Source of the DNA: a plasmid
Reading direction: 5' to 3' (one strand)
Sequence record: NZ_CP104760.1
Length of the DNA stretch: 64,000 bases
The notes under the pieces are model-generated. The model saw only the letters and a program-made list of their open reading frames with translations. It did not search any database and was not told the DNA's origin. Both the position numbers and the translations under genes were made by a program. Position 1 is the first letter of the stretch. Each line of letters starts with the position of its first letter. Positions 9,649 through 18,908 of the stretch are shown piece after piece.

Positions 9649-10875
9649 ATGATGCAGTCACTCTCCCTCAACGGCTATCTTCCCGACGCCGCGCAGCCGG
9701 AGAATCCGCTGGTGGCACTGGCCAACCCGCTGATCAACGCCATTCCGCAAATCCGCCATTCGGTATCGCACCAGAATCCGGACGGCCTGCGCCAGCAGCT
9801 GATCGACCTGATGCGTCGCTTCGAAGTGAAGTGTCAGCAGGCGCAGCTTCCCTACGAAACCATCGTCGGCGCGCGCTACTGCCTCTGCACCTCGCTCGAT
9901 GAAGCGGCGGCGCTGACGCCCTGGGGCAGCCGCAGCGTCTGGCCGCGCAGCGGACTGCTGGTGACCTTCCATAACGAAACCTGGGGCGGCGAGAAGTTTT
10001 TCCAGCTTCTGGCGCGTCTCTCTCAGCAGCCGCAGCAAAACATTCTGCTGCTGGAGCTGATGAACGCCTGCCTGCTGCTGGGCTTCGAGGGACGCTACCG
10101 CATTATGGAGAACGGACGCACCCAGCTTGAGACGCTGAAGCAGCGGCTGCTGCAGCTGATTGAGAACGTGCGCGGCGGTTATGCCCCGCCGCTTTCGCCG
10201 CAGCCGTTCGACGAACCGGTGGCGCAGCGGCTGTGGCGACCGCTGGTTCCGCTCTGGAGCTTCGCCGCCCTGCTGGCGCTGCTCGGCTGCCTGATCTACA
10301 TCGGCCTCAACTGGCGGCTCAGCCACTTCACCTCGCCGGTGCTGTCGGCGCTCTACCAGACGACGCTGCCGAAAGTAGAGATTGCGCGCCCCGCCGCGCC
10401 GCCTGCGCCGCCGCTCGATCTGAGCCGTTTCCTCGCGCGGGAAATCGCCGAGGGGCTGGTCAGCGTGCGCGACGAAGCGACGCAGAGCGTGGTGCTGTTG
10501 CGCGGCGACGGGCTGTTTGACTCCGCCGCCACCACCATTCACGGGCGTTATGAGCCGGTGATCCTGCGTATCGCCGAGGCGATGAATAACGTCAACGGCC
10601 AGATCCTGGTCAGCGGCTATACCGATGACCGGCCGATCCACAGCGCCCGCTTCAGCTCCAACTTTGAGCTGGCGCTGGCCCGCGCGCAGGCGGTGCAGAA
10701 GATGCTGCAGGCGCACCTGAGCCAGCCGGATCGCGTCAGCGCAGAGGGCCGCGGCGACAGCGACCCGCTGGTGCCGAACAGCAGTGACGCCAACCGCGCC
10801 CGTAACCGCCGGGTGGAGATCACGCTGAAGGTCGCGCCTAAAGAGACCCAGGCCGAACTGAACAGCCTGCGCTGA
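9649..10875 (+). CDS. tssL: T6SS membrane protein TssL (DotU family) with C-terminal OmpA-like peptidoglycan-binding domain
   Basis: DotU-like N-terminal part, one TM helix, C-terminal OmpA motif (GYTDDRPI…NRRVEI). AGGAGGA SD before ATG 9649. The track ORF begins at 9619, overlapping the tssK stop. Confidence 0.85.
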   Translation: MMQSLSLNGYLPDAAQPENPLVALANPLINAIPQIRHSVSHQNPDGLRQQLIDLMRRFEVKCQQAQLPYETIVGARYCLCTSLDEAAALTPWGSRSVWPRSGLLVTFHNETWGGEKFFQLLARLSQQPQQNILLLELMNACLLLGFEGRYRIMENGRTQLETLKQRLLQLIENVRGGYAPPLSPQPFDEPVAQRLWRPLVPLWSFAALLALLGCLIYIGLNWRLSHFTSPVLSALYQTTLPKVEIARPAAPPAPPLDLSRFLAREIAEGLVSVRDEATQSVVLLRGDGLFDSAATTIHGRYEPVILRIAEAMNNVNGQILVSGYTDDRPIHSARFSSNFELALARAQAVQKMLQAHLSQPDRVSAEGRGDSDPLVPNSSDANRARNRRVEITLKVAPKETQAELNSLR

Positions 10876-10883
10876 GGACCCCT

Positions 10884-13800
10884 ATGTTTCGCACACTGCT
10901 CTTAATTGTATCCAGCCGCCTGCTGTGGGGCGCAATGGGCATCACCGCGCTGTGCCTGCTGATCTGGACCATCGGCCCGCTGATCGCCATTGGCGATATG
11001 CGTCCGCTGGAATCAGAAGAGAATCGCTTTAGCGCTATCGCGCTTTTCTGGCTGCTGTGGTTCGCCTTTCGTCTGGTGCCGCGCCTGTGGCGACGCCTGC
11101 AAAACCGTCGCCTGGTGCGTCGGCTGGAGACCCCCGCGCCAGCGGAGGCGCCGCCGGAGACGCGCGCGGAAGAGACGCAGCTCGCCGCGCGTTTCAACGA
11201 AGCGACGCAGCTGCTGCGCCACGCCCGCTTCAACCGGGCGGAAAACCGCCGTCTGCCCGCGTGGCTGCAGCGCTTTAATCGCCAGTATCTCTATCAGCTG
11301 CCGTGGTACATGCTGATCGGCGCGCCGGGCGCAGGCAAAACCACCGCGCTGATCAACTCCGGGCTCCATTTCCCGCTGGCCGACCGCTTTGGCAAGAATG
11401 CGCTGCGCGGCGTCGGCGGCACGCGCAACTGCGACTGGTGGTTCACCGACGAGGCGATCCTGCTTGATACCGCAGGCCGCTACACTACGCAGGAGAGCGA
11501 CAGAGAGCAGGACGCCAGCGAGTGGAAAAGCTTTATGAGCCTGCTGAAGCGCTCCCGCCCGCGCCAGCCGATCAACGGCGCTATCGTCACCATCAGCATC
11601 GGCGATCTGCTTACCGAGGATGAAACGGCGCGGCACGCGCAGGCCAGCGCCCTGCGCCAGCGTCTGCTTGAGCTGCGCGAACAGCTTGGCATCCCCTTTC
11701 CTGTCTATCTGCTGGTGACCAAAAGCGACCTGCTTAAAGGTTTCGCGCCGACTTTCGCGGGCTTTAGCAAGGCGCAGCGCGATCAGGTCTGGGGCGTCAC
11801 CTGGCCGTGGCGGCAGAAACAGCCCGATCTCGGCGCCGAGTTCGACTACCAGTTCGAACGGCTGCACAGCCGTCTGCTGGCGGGCGTCTCCGATTTGATG
11901 ATCGCCGAGCACAACAGCGCCAGGCGCGCCGAGATCTATCTTTTCCCACAGGAGTTCGCCGCGCTGAAGCCGTTGCTCCGGCACTACCTGGAAATCCTGT
12001 TCGCCTCCTCGCACTATGAGGAGACGCTGCGGCCGCGCGGGATCTACTTCACCAGCGGCACGCAGGAAGGGCTGCCGTTTGACCGCGTGATGGGTCAGAT
12101 GAACCGCGCGCTGGGGCTGCCCGACATCGACGCCCGCGCCGCCGCTGCGTCCCAGGACGATTTCAGCCACGCGACGCCGGTTCCAGCCGGACACGGCCAG
12201 AGTTTCTTTCTGCAGCAGGTGCTGCAGTCGGTAATCTTTAAAGAGGCGGGCCTGGCGGGCGTCAACCGCTGGTGGGAGTACCGCAATCGCATGGCGCACT
12301 GGATCGGCTACGGCCTGTTCGGCAGCGTACTGCTGATCGCTCTGCTGTGGTGGCTGACCAGCTATCACCACAATAAAAATTATCTCGCCGCCACGCTGGC
12401 GAAGATCCCGGCTTTCGAGCGCCAGGGTGCCGCGCTGCCGCCGCTCAACAGCGCCGATATGTTCGCCCTGCTGCCCTATCTACGCAGCCTGACGGCGATA
12501 CCGCGCTCGCCGCAGCTCGCCGATCCCAATAGCCCGCCCGTCGGCTGGCGCGCTGGACTCTACCGCGGCGAGGAGGTCAACAGCGCGGCCGCCTCCCTTT
12601 ACGACCGCGCCCTGCAGGAGCTGCTGCTGCCGCTGGCGGCGCGCAATATCACCGACTGGCTGCGCAACGACAACGGCAGCGACGTCGATTACAGCTATGA
12701 AGCCCTGAAGGCCTATCAGATGCTCTATATGCCGCAGCACTACGACGGCCAGTTCCTGCACGCCTGGATAATGCTCAATATCCAGCGCTTTCAGGGAGCC
12801 AACGCCCCACAGGAGGCGCTGCGCGAGCTTGATCAGCATCTGGGCCGCCTGTTTGACAACAGGATCAATACTTCGCCCTTCGAGCGCGACGACGCGCTGG
12901 TGGTGCGCCAGCAAAATCTGATTAACCGCTCGCCGCTCGCCAGCCGCGTCTACGGTCGGCTCAAACGGCTGCTGGCGGCGCAGGGCGACAAAGGGGTCAG
13001 CCTGCTGACGCTCGGCGGCCCGCAGAGCGAGCTGGTCTTCTCCCGCAAAAGCGGCGCGCCGCTAACGCAGCCGATTCCGTCGCTCTTTACGCCGCAGGGC
13101 TACTGGGGCGCGTTCAGCGACCATATCGGCAAGGTCGCCTCTGGCCTGCAGCAGGAAGATAAGTGGGTGCTGAGCCGCCGCGAAAGCGACAGCGGTCAGC
13201 AGCGGCTGGAGGATTCTGTCCGCCGCCTCTATATGGAGGACTTTATTGCGCACTGGGATGCGTTGCTGAGCGATATCCAGCTTAATCCGGCCTCCAGCCT
13301 GGAGGCGCGCATCAATATGGCGCGTCTGCTGTCGGGGCGCACCTCGCCGCTGCGCCAGCTGCGCATTAACCTCAGCCGTTACCTGACGCTGGCGAAGCCG
13401 GAAAAAGATGAGAAGCCGTCGCTGGCGGAGCGCGGCGCGCACTACTTCAACAACAACGCCACCCAGACGCTGCAGGCGTTGTTCCGCGCCCGCAAAGCGG
13501 AGCAGCGCGGCAGCCTCGACGCCCCTGAGCAGCGCGTCATGGCGCGCTACGACGCCATTATCGAGCAGGCGCAGGCGACTGACGGACAGAGTGACCATAT
13601 CCCGTTCGACGAGCAGCTGAAGAATGTCGACGATCTCTACGGCTATCTCACGGCGGTGCAGGACGCCAGCAACAGCATGATGACGCCGCCGCGCAATGAA
13701 ATTATCTCCCGCATGCAGGCTGACGCAGGCCGCGAGCCTGAGCCCTTTCGCTCAATGCTGCTCTCGCTGGCGGTGGGTGCCAGCAGCGATACGCAGCAGC

Positions 13801-14498
13801 GCAGCCTGAACAACACCCAGAAACGCGCCAGCGTTGAGGTGGGCAGCTTCTGCCGTCAGGCGATCGCCGGACGCTATCCGCTCTCCAGCCGCTCCGGCGT
13901 CGACATCACCCCCGACGATATGGCGCGCATGTTCGCCCCCGGCAGCGGGCTGATGGACAGCTTTTTCCGCGCCAGCCTCGCCAGCAACGTCGACACCACC
14001 CAGAGCCGCTGGCGCTTTGCGCCGGGCGTCGACGGCAAAAGCCTGCCGGGCGGCGCCGCGCTGCTGGAGCCTTTCCAGCAGGCGCAGGCGATACGCGACG
14101 CGCTCTTTGCCAATGGCGCCAGCGCGCCCTCTTACCGCCTGACCATCCGGCCCCTGAGCATGGATAACGCCATCCTTAACCTGACGCTCGACGTCGATGG
14201 CCAGCTGATCCGCTACAGCCACGGCCCGCAGACCCCGCAGGTGGTGAGCTGGCCCGGCCCCGGCGGCACGCAGCAGGTACGGATGCAGACCGGCTTAACC
14301 GACGGCTCCGGCGACACGCTCACTACCTCGGGCGCCTGGGCGCTTAACCGCCTGTTTGATAAAGCGCGCATCGCAAACGGCGGCAGCCCGTTAAGCCATA
14401 TCGCCACCTTCAGCCTCGGCGGCCGCCAGGTGGTGCTGGAATACACCGCTAACAGCGTGCGCAATCCGCTGCAGCTCCCGGCCTTTCGCTGCCCATGA
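10884..14498 (+). CDS. tssM: T6SS membrane complex protein TssM (IcmF)
   Basis: 1204 aa; N-terminal TM helices; Walker A GAPGAGKTT; IcmF-like length and sequence. Confidence 0.9.
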   Translation: MFRTLLLIVSSRLLWGAMGITALCLLIWTIGPLIAIGDMRPLESEENRFSAIALFWLLWFAFRLVPRLWRRLQNRRLVRRLETPAPAEAPPETRAEETQLAARFNEATQLLRHARFNRAENRRLPAWLQRFNRQYLYQLPWYMLIGAPGAGKTTALINSGLHFPLADRFGKNALRGVGGTRNCDWWFTDEAILLDTAGRYTTQESDREQDASEWKSFMSLLKRSRPRQPINGAIVTISIGDLLTEDETARHAQASALRQRLLELREQLGIPFPVYLLVTKSDLLKGFAPTFAGFSKAQRDQVWGVTWPWRQKQPDLGAEFDYQFERLHSRLLAGVSDLMIAEHNSARRAEIYLFPQEFAALKPLLRHYLEILFASSHYEETLRPRGIYFTSGTQEGLPFDRVMGQMNRALGLPDIDARAAAASQDDFSHATPVPAGHGQSFFLQQVLQSVIFKEAGLAGVNRWWEYRNRMAHWIGYGLFGSVLLIALLWWLTSYHHNKNYLAATLAKIPAFERQGAALPPLNSADMFALLPYLRSLTAIPRSPQLADPNSPPVGWRAGLYRGEEVNSAAASLYDRALQELLLPLAARNITDWLRNDNGSDVDYSYEALKAYQMLYMPQHYDGQFLHAWIMLNIQRFQGANAPQEALRELDQHLGRLFDNRINTSPFERDDALVVRQQNLINRSPLASRVYGRLKRLLAAQGDKGVSLLTLGGPQSELVFSRKSGAPLTQPIPSLFTPQGYWGAFSDHIGKVASGLQQEDKWVLSRRESDSGQQRLEDSVRRLYMEDFIAHWDALLSDIQLNPASSLEARINMARLLSGRTSPLRQLRINLSRYLTLAKPEKDEKPSLAERGAHYFNNNATQTLQALFRARKAEQRGSLDAPEQRVMARYDAIIEQAQATDGQSDHIPFDEQLKNVDDLYGYLTAVQDASNSMMTPPRNEIISRMQADAGREPEPFRSMLLSLAVGASSDTQQRSLNNTQKRASVEVGSFCRQAIAGRYPLSSRSGVDITPDDMARMFAPGSGLMDSFFRASLASNVDTTQSRWRFAPGVDGKSLPGGAALLEPFQQAQAIRDALFANGASAPSYRLTIRPLSMDNAILNLTLDVDGQLIRYSHGPQTPQVVSWPGPGGTQQVRMQTGLTDGSGDTLTTSGAWALNRLFDKARIANGGSPLSHIATFSLGGRQVVLEYTANSVRNPLQLPAFRCP

Positions 14499-15226
14499 AA
14501 CAGGAGAACCCCGCAATGCGCCCCTCTTCTCCTCCAGGCTGGTACGGCAAGCTGCCCGGCAGCGGTGACTTTATGCGCCGCAGGCTGCCGGAGAATGTCG
14601 TCAGCCGCTGGTCGCACTGGTTCAGCAGCGGCATGCAGCGCATCGGCGCGCAGGCTGAGCCGCAGCTGCAGCGCGCGCCGGTATGGAACTTTGTCGTGCC
14701 CGCCTCGCTTGGCGCGCCCTGGGTGCAGATGGGATGCCTGCTGCCCGCCAGAGATCGCGTCGGACGGCAGTACCCCATCTGCGCCATGCAGCTCTGCGCC
14801 CCTGAGGCGTGGCATCCGCTGCGGCTGAAGCTGGCGGGCGACTGGTACTACCGGCTCGGCAAAACCCTGAGTCAGGCGGTGCATAACCGCTACTCCGGCG
14901 ACCAGCTCGACGCCGCGCTGCTGGCGCTTGATGCCCCGGCGATGCCGCCGGGAACGCCGCGCTCCGACGTGCTCGACATCATCGGCTACGACGACGCGCC
15001 CGACACCCTGAACTGGCCGAAGCTGGCGTCCTTTTTCGATCCTGAACAGTACAGCAGCTTCTGGTGGAGCAATCAGAGCGACGGCAGCGCCTTCTACACC
15101 CATTCGCACAGCGGCAACTTTACCTCGCAGCTCTTTTTCCGCCTGTTCGATCCGCTTTCGTCACATCAGGGGCTGCATACGCCGATGTTCGGCAAACACC
15201 TACAAGGGAGAGGCGATGAATCCTGA
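14495..15226 (+). CDS. tagF: T6SS-associated protein TagF (ImpM/DUF2094 family)
   Basis: GWYGKLPGSGDF signature at the N-terminus; start overlaps the tssM stop (ATGA). Confidence 0.8.
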   Translation: MKQENPAMRPSSPPGWYGKLPGSGDFMRRRLPENVVSRWSHWFSSGMQRIGAQAEPQLQRAPVWNFVVPASLGAPWVQMGCLLPARDRVGRQYPICAMQLCAPEAWHPLRLKLAGDWYYRLGKTLSQAVHNRYSGDQLDAALLALDAPAMPPGTPRSDVLDIIGYDDAPDTLNWPKLASFFDPEQYSSFWWSNQSDGSAFYTHSHSGNFTSQLFFRLFDPLSSHQGLHTPMFGKHLQGRGDES

Positions 15227-16226
15227 ATCACTGCTAAGCCCGCTGCGCGACGACGCGCCCTGCGGCGATAACCTGGAGTATGACGCGCAGTTTATGGCGC
15301 TGGAGCAGGCGTGCGTCGGCAAGTCTGAACAGCAGTTCGGCAGTACCATTATTCCGGCGGAAGCGCCCGACTGGCAGGCGGTGGAGAAGGCGGCGCTGGC
15401 GCTGCACGCCCGCACGCGCGACGTGCGGGTGATGCTGATCCTGACCGAAGCCTGGACTCACATTCGCGGGCTGGAAGGGTTTGCCCAGGGCGTCACGCTG
15501 CTGACGCAGGCGCTTGAGCGCTACTGGCTCAGTCTCTATCCGCCGCTGGAGTATGACGGCGAGCCGGACCCGCTGCTGCGTATCAACGCGCTCTCGGCGC
15601 TGAGCGGCCATTCGAACCTGATTAACGCGCTGCGCCAGTGCTGGCTGATCAAAAGCAGCACCGGCGAGATCGCCCTGCGGGACGCGGTCGCGCTGGCGGA
15701 CGGCAGTAAAAGCGACATCCCCGACTTTCCCGGCGGGCTTGCCCGCCTGCGCGACGAGTTCGCCGCGCCTGACCATCCCGGCGTCGGCGCGCTGCAAACC
15801 CTCGCGCAGCAGTTGCCGCTGCTGCGCGACACCCTGACGCTGCATCTCTCGCCGGGCGATCTCCCCGACCTCAGCGTCGTGGAGAAGATAGTGGCGCTGC
15901 TGCTGCCGCTCTGTCCGGCGCGGCCCGTCGCGGCGGTGGAGGCCGTGGAGGAGGCAGGCGACGACGAGATCGCCGCCGCAGGCCAGCAGACCGCTCCCGC
16001 GCAGATTGCCTGGCATCAGGCGGCGCTGCATTCGCGCGCCGACGTTGAGCTGATGCTGGAGAAGATCAAAACCTACTTTCACCAGCATGAACCCAGCCAC
16101 CCTGCGCCCATCATGCTTGAGCGCGTGCAGCGGCTGATCCAGATGGATTTTATGAACATCATTCGCGATTTGGCGCCCGAGGCGGTCAGCCAGCTGAATG
16201 GCGTATTCGGCCAACCCGGGCAATGA
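15216..16226 (+). CDS. tssA: T6SS protein TssA (ImpA N-terminal domain)
   Basis: N-terminal ImpA_N-like region (LLSPLRDDAPCGDNLEYD…); position before tssB. Confidence 0.8.
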   Translation: MNPESLLSPLRDDAPCGDNLEYDAQFMALEQACVGKSEQQFGSTIIPAEAPDWQAVEKAALALHARTRDVRVMLILTEAWTHIRGLEGFAQGVTLLTQALERYWLSLYPPLEYDGEPDPLLRINALSALSGHSNLINALRQCWLIKSSTGEIALRDAVALADGSKSDIPDFPGGLARLRDEFAAPDHPGVGALQTLAQQLPLLRDTLTLHLSPGDLPDLSVVEKIVALLLPLCPARPVAAVEAVEEAGDDEIAAAGQQTAPAQIAWHQAALHSRADVELMLEKIKTYFHQHEPSHPAPIMLERVQRLIQMDFMNIIRDLAPEAVSQLNGVFGQPGQ

Positions 16227-16266
16227 GTTAGCGCTGCCCACCCCTGACGATTAACGGAGAAAAACG

Positions 16267-16812
16267 ATGGCTAACTTTCCCACCATTAAAAAAGCGAGCA
16301 GCGGACAGAAGTTCATCTCGCGCAACCGCGCACCGCGCGTGCAGATTGAGTATGACGTCGAGATCTACGGTTCAGACCGCAAAATCCAGCTGCCTTTCAT
16401 TATGGGCGTGATGGCGGATCTGGTGGGTCAGCCCGTTACGCCACAGCCGGAGGTGGCGGAGCGTAAATTTATGGAGATCGATATCGACAACTTCGACGAT
16501 CGCATGAAAGCGCTGCAGCCGCATCTCGCCTACCACGTTGACAATACCCTGACCGGCGAAGGCCAGCTGGGCGTCGATCTCACCTTCAACAGCATGGATG
16601 ACTTTCTGCCGGACGCCATCGTGCGCCGCGTAGAGCCGCTCAACCAGCTGCTTGAGGCGCGCACCCAGCTTTCTAACCTGCTCTCCTATATGGACGGCAA
16701 AAACGGCGCGGAAGCGCTGATCGCCGACGTGCTGAAAAACCCGCATCTGCTGGACGCGCTCGCCGCCGCGCCGAAAGCCGCCGAGCCGCAAAAGGATCAC
16801 GACCATGAGTAA
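16267..16812 (+). CDS. tssB: T6SS contractile sheath small subunit TssB (VipA)
   Basis: 181 aa, typical VipA sequence (…RVQIEYDVEIYGSDRKIQLPFIMGVMADL…). Confidence 0.9.
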   Translation: MANFPTIKKASSGQKFISRNRAPRVQIEYDVEIYGSDRKIQLPFIMGVMADLVGQPVTPQPEVAERKFMEIDIDNFDDRMKALQPHLAYHVDNTLTGEGQLGVDLTFNSMDDFLPDAIVRRVEPLNQLLEARTQLSNLLSYMDGKNGAEALIADVLKNPHLLDALAAAPKAAEPQKDHDHE

Positions 16813-18304
16813 CGCCGCCCAGACGACCCGTACCGCCGCGCAGCAGACGGTAACCCAGGATGAGTTCAGCGCGTTGCTGAATAAAGAGTTCCGCCCGAAC
16901 AGCGATTCGGCGCGCGACGCCATCGCCGACGCGGTGAAAACCCTGGCCGCGCAGGCGCTGAAAAATACCCTGCCGGTCTCGGACGATGCCTATCGCACCA
17001 TCCAGACGCTGATCGCCGAAATCGACCAGAAGCTGTCGCAGCAGGTGAACCGTATCATGCATCACGAGGGCTTCCAGCAGCTCGAAGGGGCGTGGCGCGG
17101 CCTGCATTACCTGGTGAATAACAGCGAAACCGACGAAATGCTGAAAATCCGCGTGATGAATATCAGCAAGAAAGAGCTGGGTCGGACGCTGAAGCGCTAT
17201 AAAGGCGTCGGCTGGGACCAGAGCCCGCTGTTTAAGAAGATCTACGAAGAGGAGTATGGCCAGTTCGGCGGCGAGCCGTACGGCTGCCTGGTGGCGGACT
17301 TCTACTTCGATCACAGCCCAATGGATGTGGAGCTACTGGGCGAGATGGCGAAAATCGGCGCGGCGGCGCACTGCCCGATTATCACCGGCGCGGCGCCGAG
17401 CGCGCTGCAGATGGAGTCCTGGCAGGAGCTGGCTAACCCGCGCGACATCACCAAAATTTTCGACAATACCGAATACGCCGCCTGGCGCACCCTGCGCGAA
17501 AGCGAAGATACGCGCTACCTCGGCCTGGCGATGCCGCGCTTCCTGTCGCGCCTGCCCTACGGCATCCGCACCAATCCGGTCGACAGCTTCAACTTTGAAG
17601 AGGAGACCGAAGGCGCGACCCACCAGAACTACACCTGGGCCAACGCCGCCTATGCGATGGCAGCCAATATTAACCGCTCCTTTAAGCAGTTCGGCTGGTG
17701 TACCTCGATCCGCGGCGTTGAGTCGGGCGGCTCGGTGGAAAACCTGCCGTGCCACGTCTTCCCGACCGACGACGGCGGGGTCGATATGAAATGCCCGACC
17801 GAGATCGCCATCAGCGACCGACGCGAAGCGGAGCTGGCGAAAAACGGCTTTATCCCGCTGGTGCACCGCAAAAACTCCGATTTCGCCGCCTTTATCGGCG
17901 CGCAGTCGCTGCAAAAACCGCAGGACTACCACGACGCCGACGCGGCCGCCAACGCACAGCTGGCGTCGCGCCTGCCTTACCTGTTCGCCTGCTGCCGCTT
18001 CGCCCACTACCTGAAGTGCATCGTGCGCGACAAGATCGGCTCTTTTCAGGAGCGCCAGGATATGGAGCGCTGGCTCAACGCCTGGATCGTGCGCTACGTC
18101 GATGGCGATCCGGTTAACTCGACCCAGGAGACCAAGGCGCGTAAGCCGCTGGCTGACGCGCGGGTGCTGGTAGAGGAGCTGGAGGATAACCCCGGCTACT
18201 ACGCCGCGAAGTTCTTCCTGCGTCCGCATTATCAGCTGGAAGGGCTGACGGTCTCGCTGCGTCTGGTCTCGAAGCTGCCGTCGCTGAAGAAGCAAAGTCA
18301 TTAA
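16805..18304 (+). CDS. tssC: T6SS contractile sheath large subunit TssC (VipB)
   Basis: 499 aa, VipB-like; overlaps the tssB stop (ATGAGTAA). Confidence 0.9.
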   Translation: MSNAAQTTRTAAQQTVTQDEFSALLNKEFRPNSDSARDAIADAVKTLAAQALKNTLPVSDDAYRTIQTLIAEIDQKLSQQVNRIMHHEGFQQLEGAWRGLHYLVNNSETDEMLKIRVMNISKKELGRTLKRYKGVGWDQSPLFKKIYEEEYGQFGGEPYGCLVADFYFDHSPMDVELLGEMAKIGAAAHCPIITGAAPSALQMESWQELANPRDITKIFDNTEYAAWRTLRESEDTRYLGLAMPRFLSRLPYGIRTNPVDSFNFEEETEGATHQNYTWANAAYAMAANINRSFKQFGWCTSIRGVESGGSVENLPCHVFPTDDGGVDMKCPTEIAISDRREAELAKNGFIPLVHRKNSDFAAFIGAQSLQKPQDYHDADAAANAQLASRLPYLFACCRFAHYLKCIVRDKIGSFQERQDMERWLNAWIVRYVDGDPVNSTQETKARKPLADARVLVEELEDNPGYYAAKFFLRPHYQLEGLTVSLRLVSKLPSLKKQSH

Positions 18305-18309
18305 TCCCC

Positions 18310-18338
18310 GGCGCGGATGGCCGCGCCATTTTTATTTT
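18310..18338 (+). terminator. Rho-independent terminator/attenuator between tssC and hcp
   Basis: Stem GGCGCGG / CCGCGCC with loop ATGG, followed by ATTTTTATTTT. The hcp SD (AAGGAG) lies about 15 nt downstream. Confidence 0.6.
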
Positions 18339-18367
18339 CTTAACTAAAAGCAAGGAGTTACACCAGT

Positions 18368-18850
18368 ATGGCTATCGCAATGTATTTCAAACCTGAAGGC
18401 GTTGAAGGCGAGTCCAAAGATTCCGCGCATGAAGGCTGGATCGACGTGCTCTCTTTCAGCTGGGGCGCTAATCAGCCGAACAACATGAGCGTGGGCGGCG
18501 GCGGCGGCGCTGGCAAGGTGAACTACAACGACCTGCACGTGCACTGCCGTATCGATAAGGCGACGCCGACCCTGCTGCAGTTCTGCTCCAACGGCAAACA
18601 TATTCCGTCGCTGACCATGCACGTCTGTAAGGCGGGCGGCACCCAGATGATCTACAACGTCATCCAGCTGACGGAAGTGCTGGTGACCAGCGTGCAGTTC
18701 ACCGGCTCGCGCGATGACGACACCATCGGCATCGACTACGCCTTCCAGGCGGCGGCGATCCAGGAGAACTACACCCAGCAGGCGGAAGACGGTTCCGCCG
18801 GCGCGGAAACCACTTCCCAGTGGAATATCAAGACCAACACCGCGTCTTAA
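18368..18850 (+). CDS. hcp: T6SS tube protein Hcp (TssD)
   Basis: 160 aa; MAIAMYFKPEGVEGESKD…GWIDVLSFSWG is a classic Hcp N-terminus. Confidence 0.92.
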   Translation: MAIAMYFKPEGVEGESKDSAHEGWIDVLSFSWGANQPNNMSVGGGGGAGKVNYNDLHVHCRIDKATPTLLQFCSNGKHIPSLTMHVCKAGGTQMIYNVIQLTEVLVTSVQFTGSRDDDTIGIDYAFQAAAIQENYTQQAEDGSAGAETTSQWNIKTNTAS

Positions 18851-18908
18851 CGCTATCCGGCAACCTCCGCGCGAGGTTGCCCTGATTCAGATCGATCAGG
18901 TAATCAGC

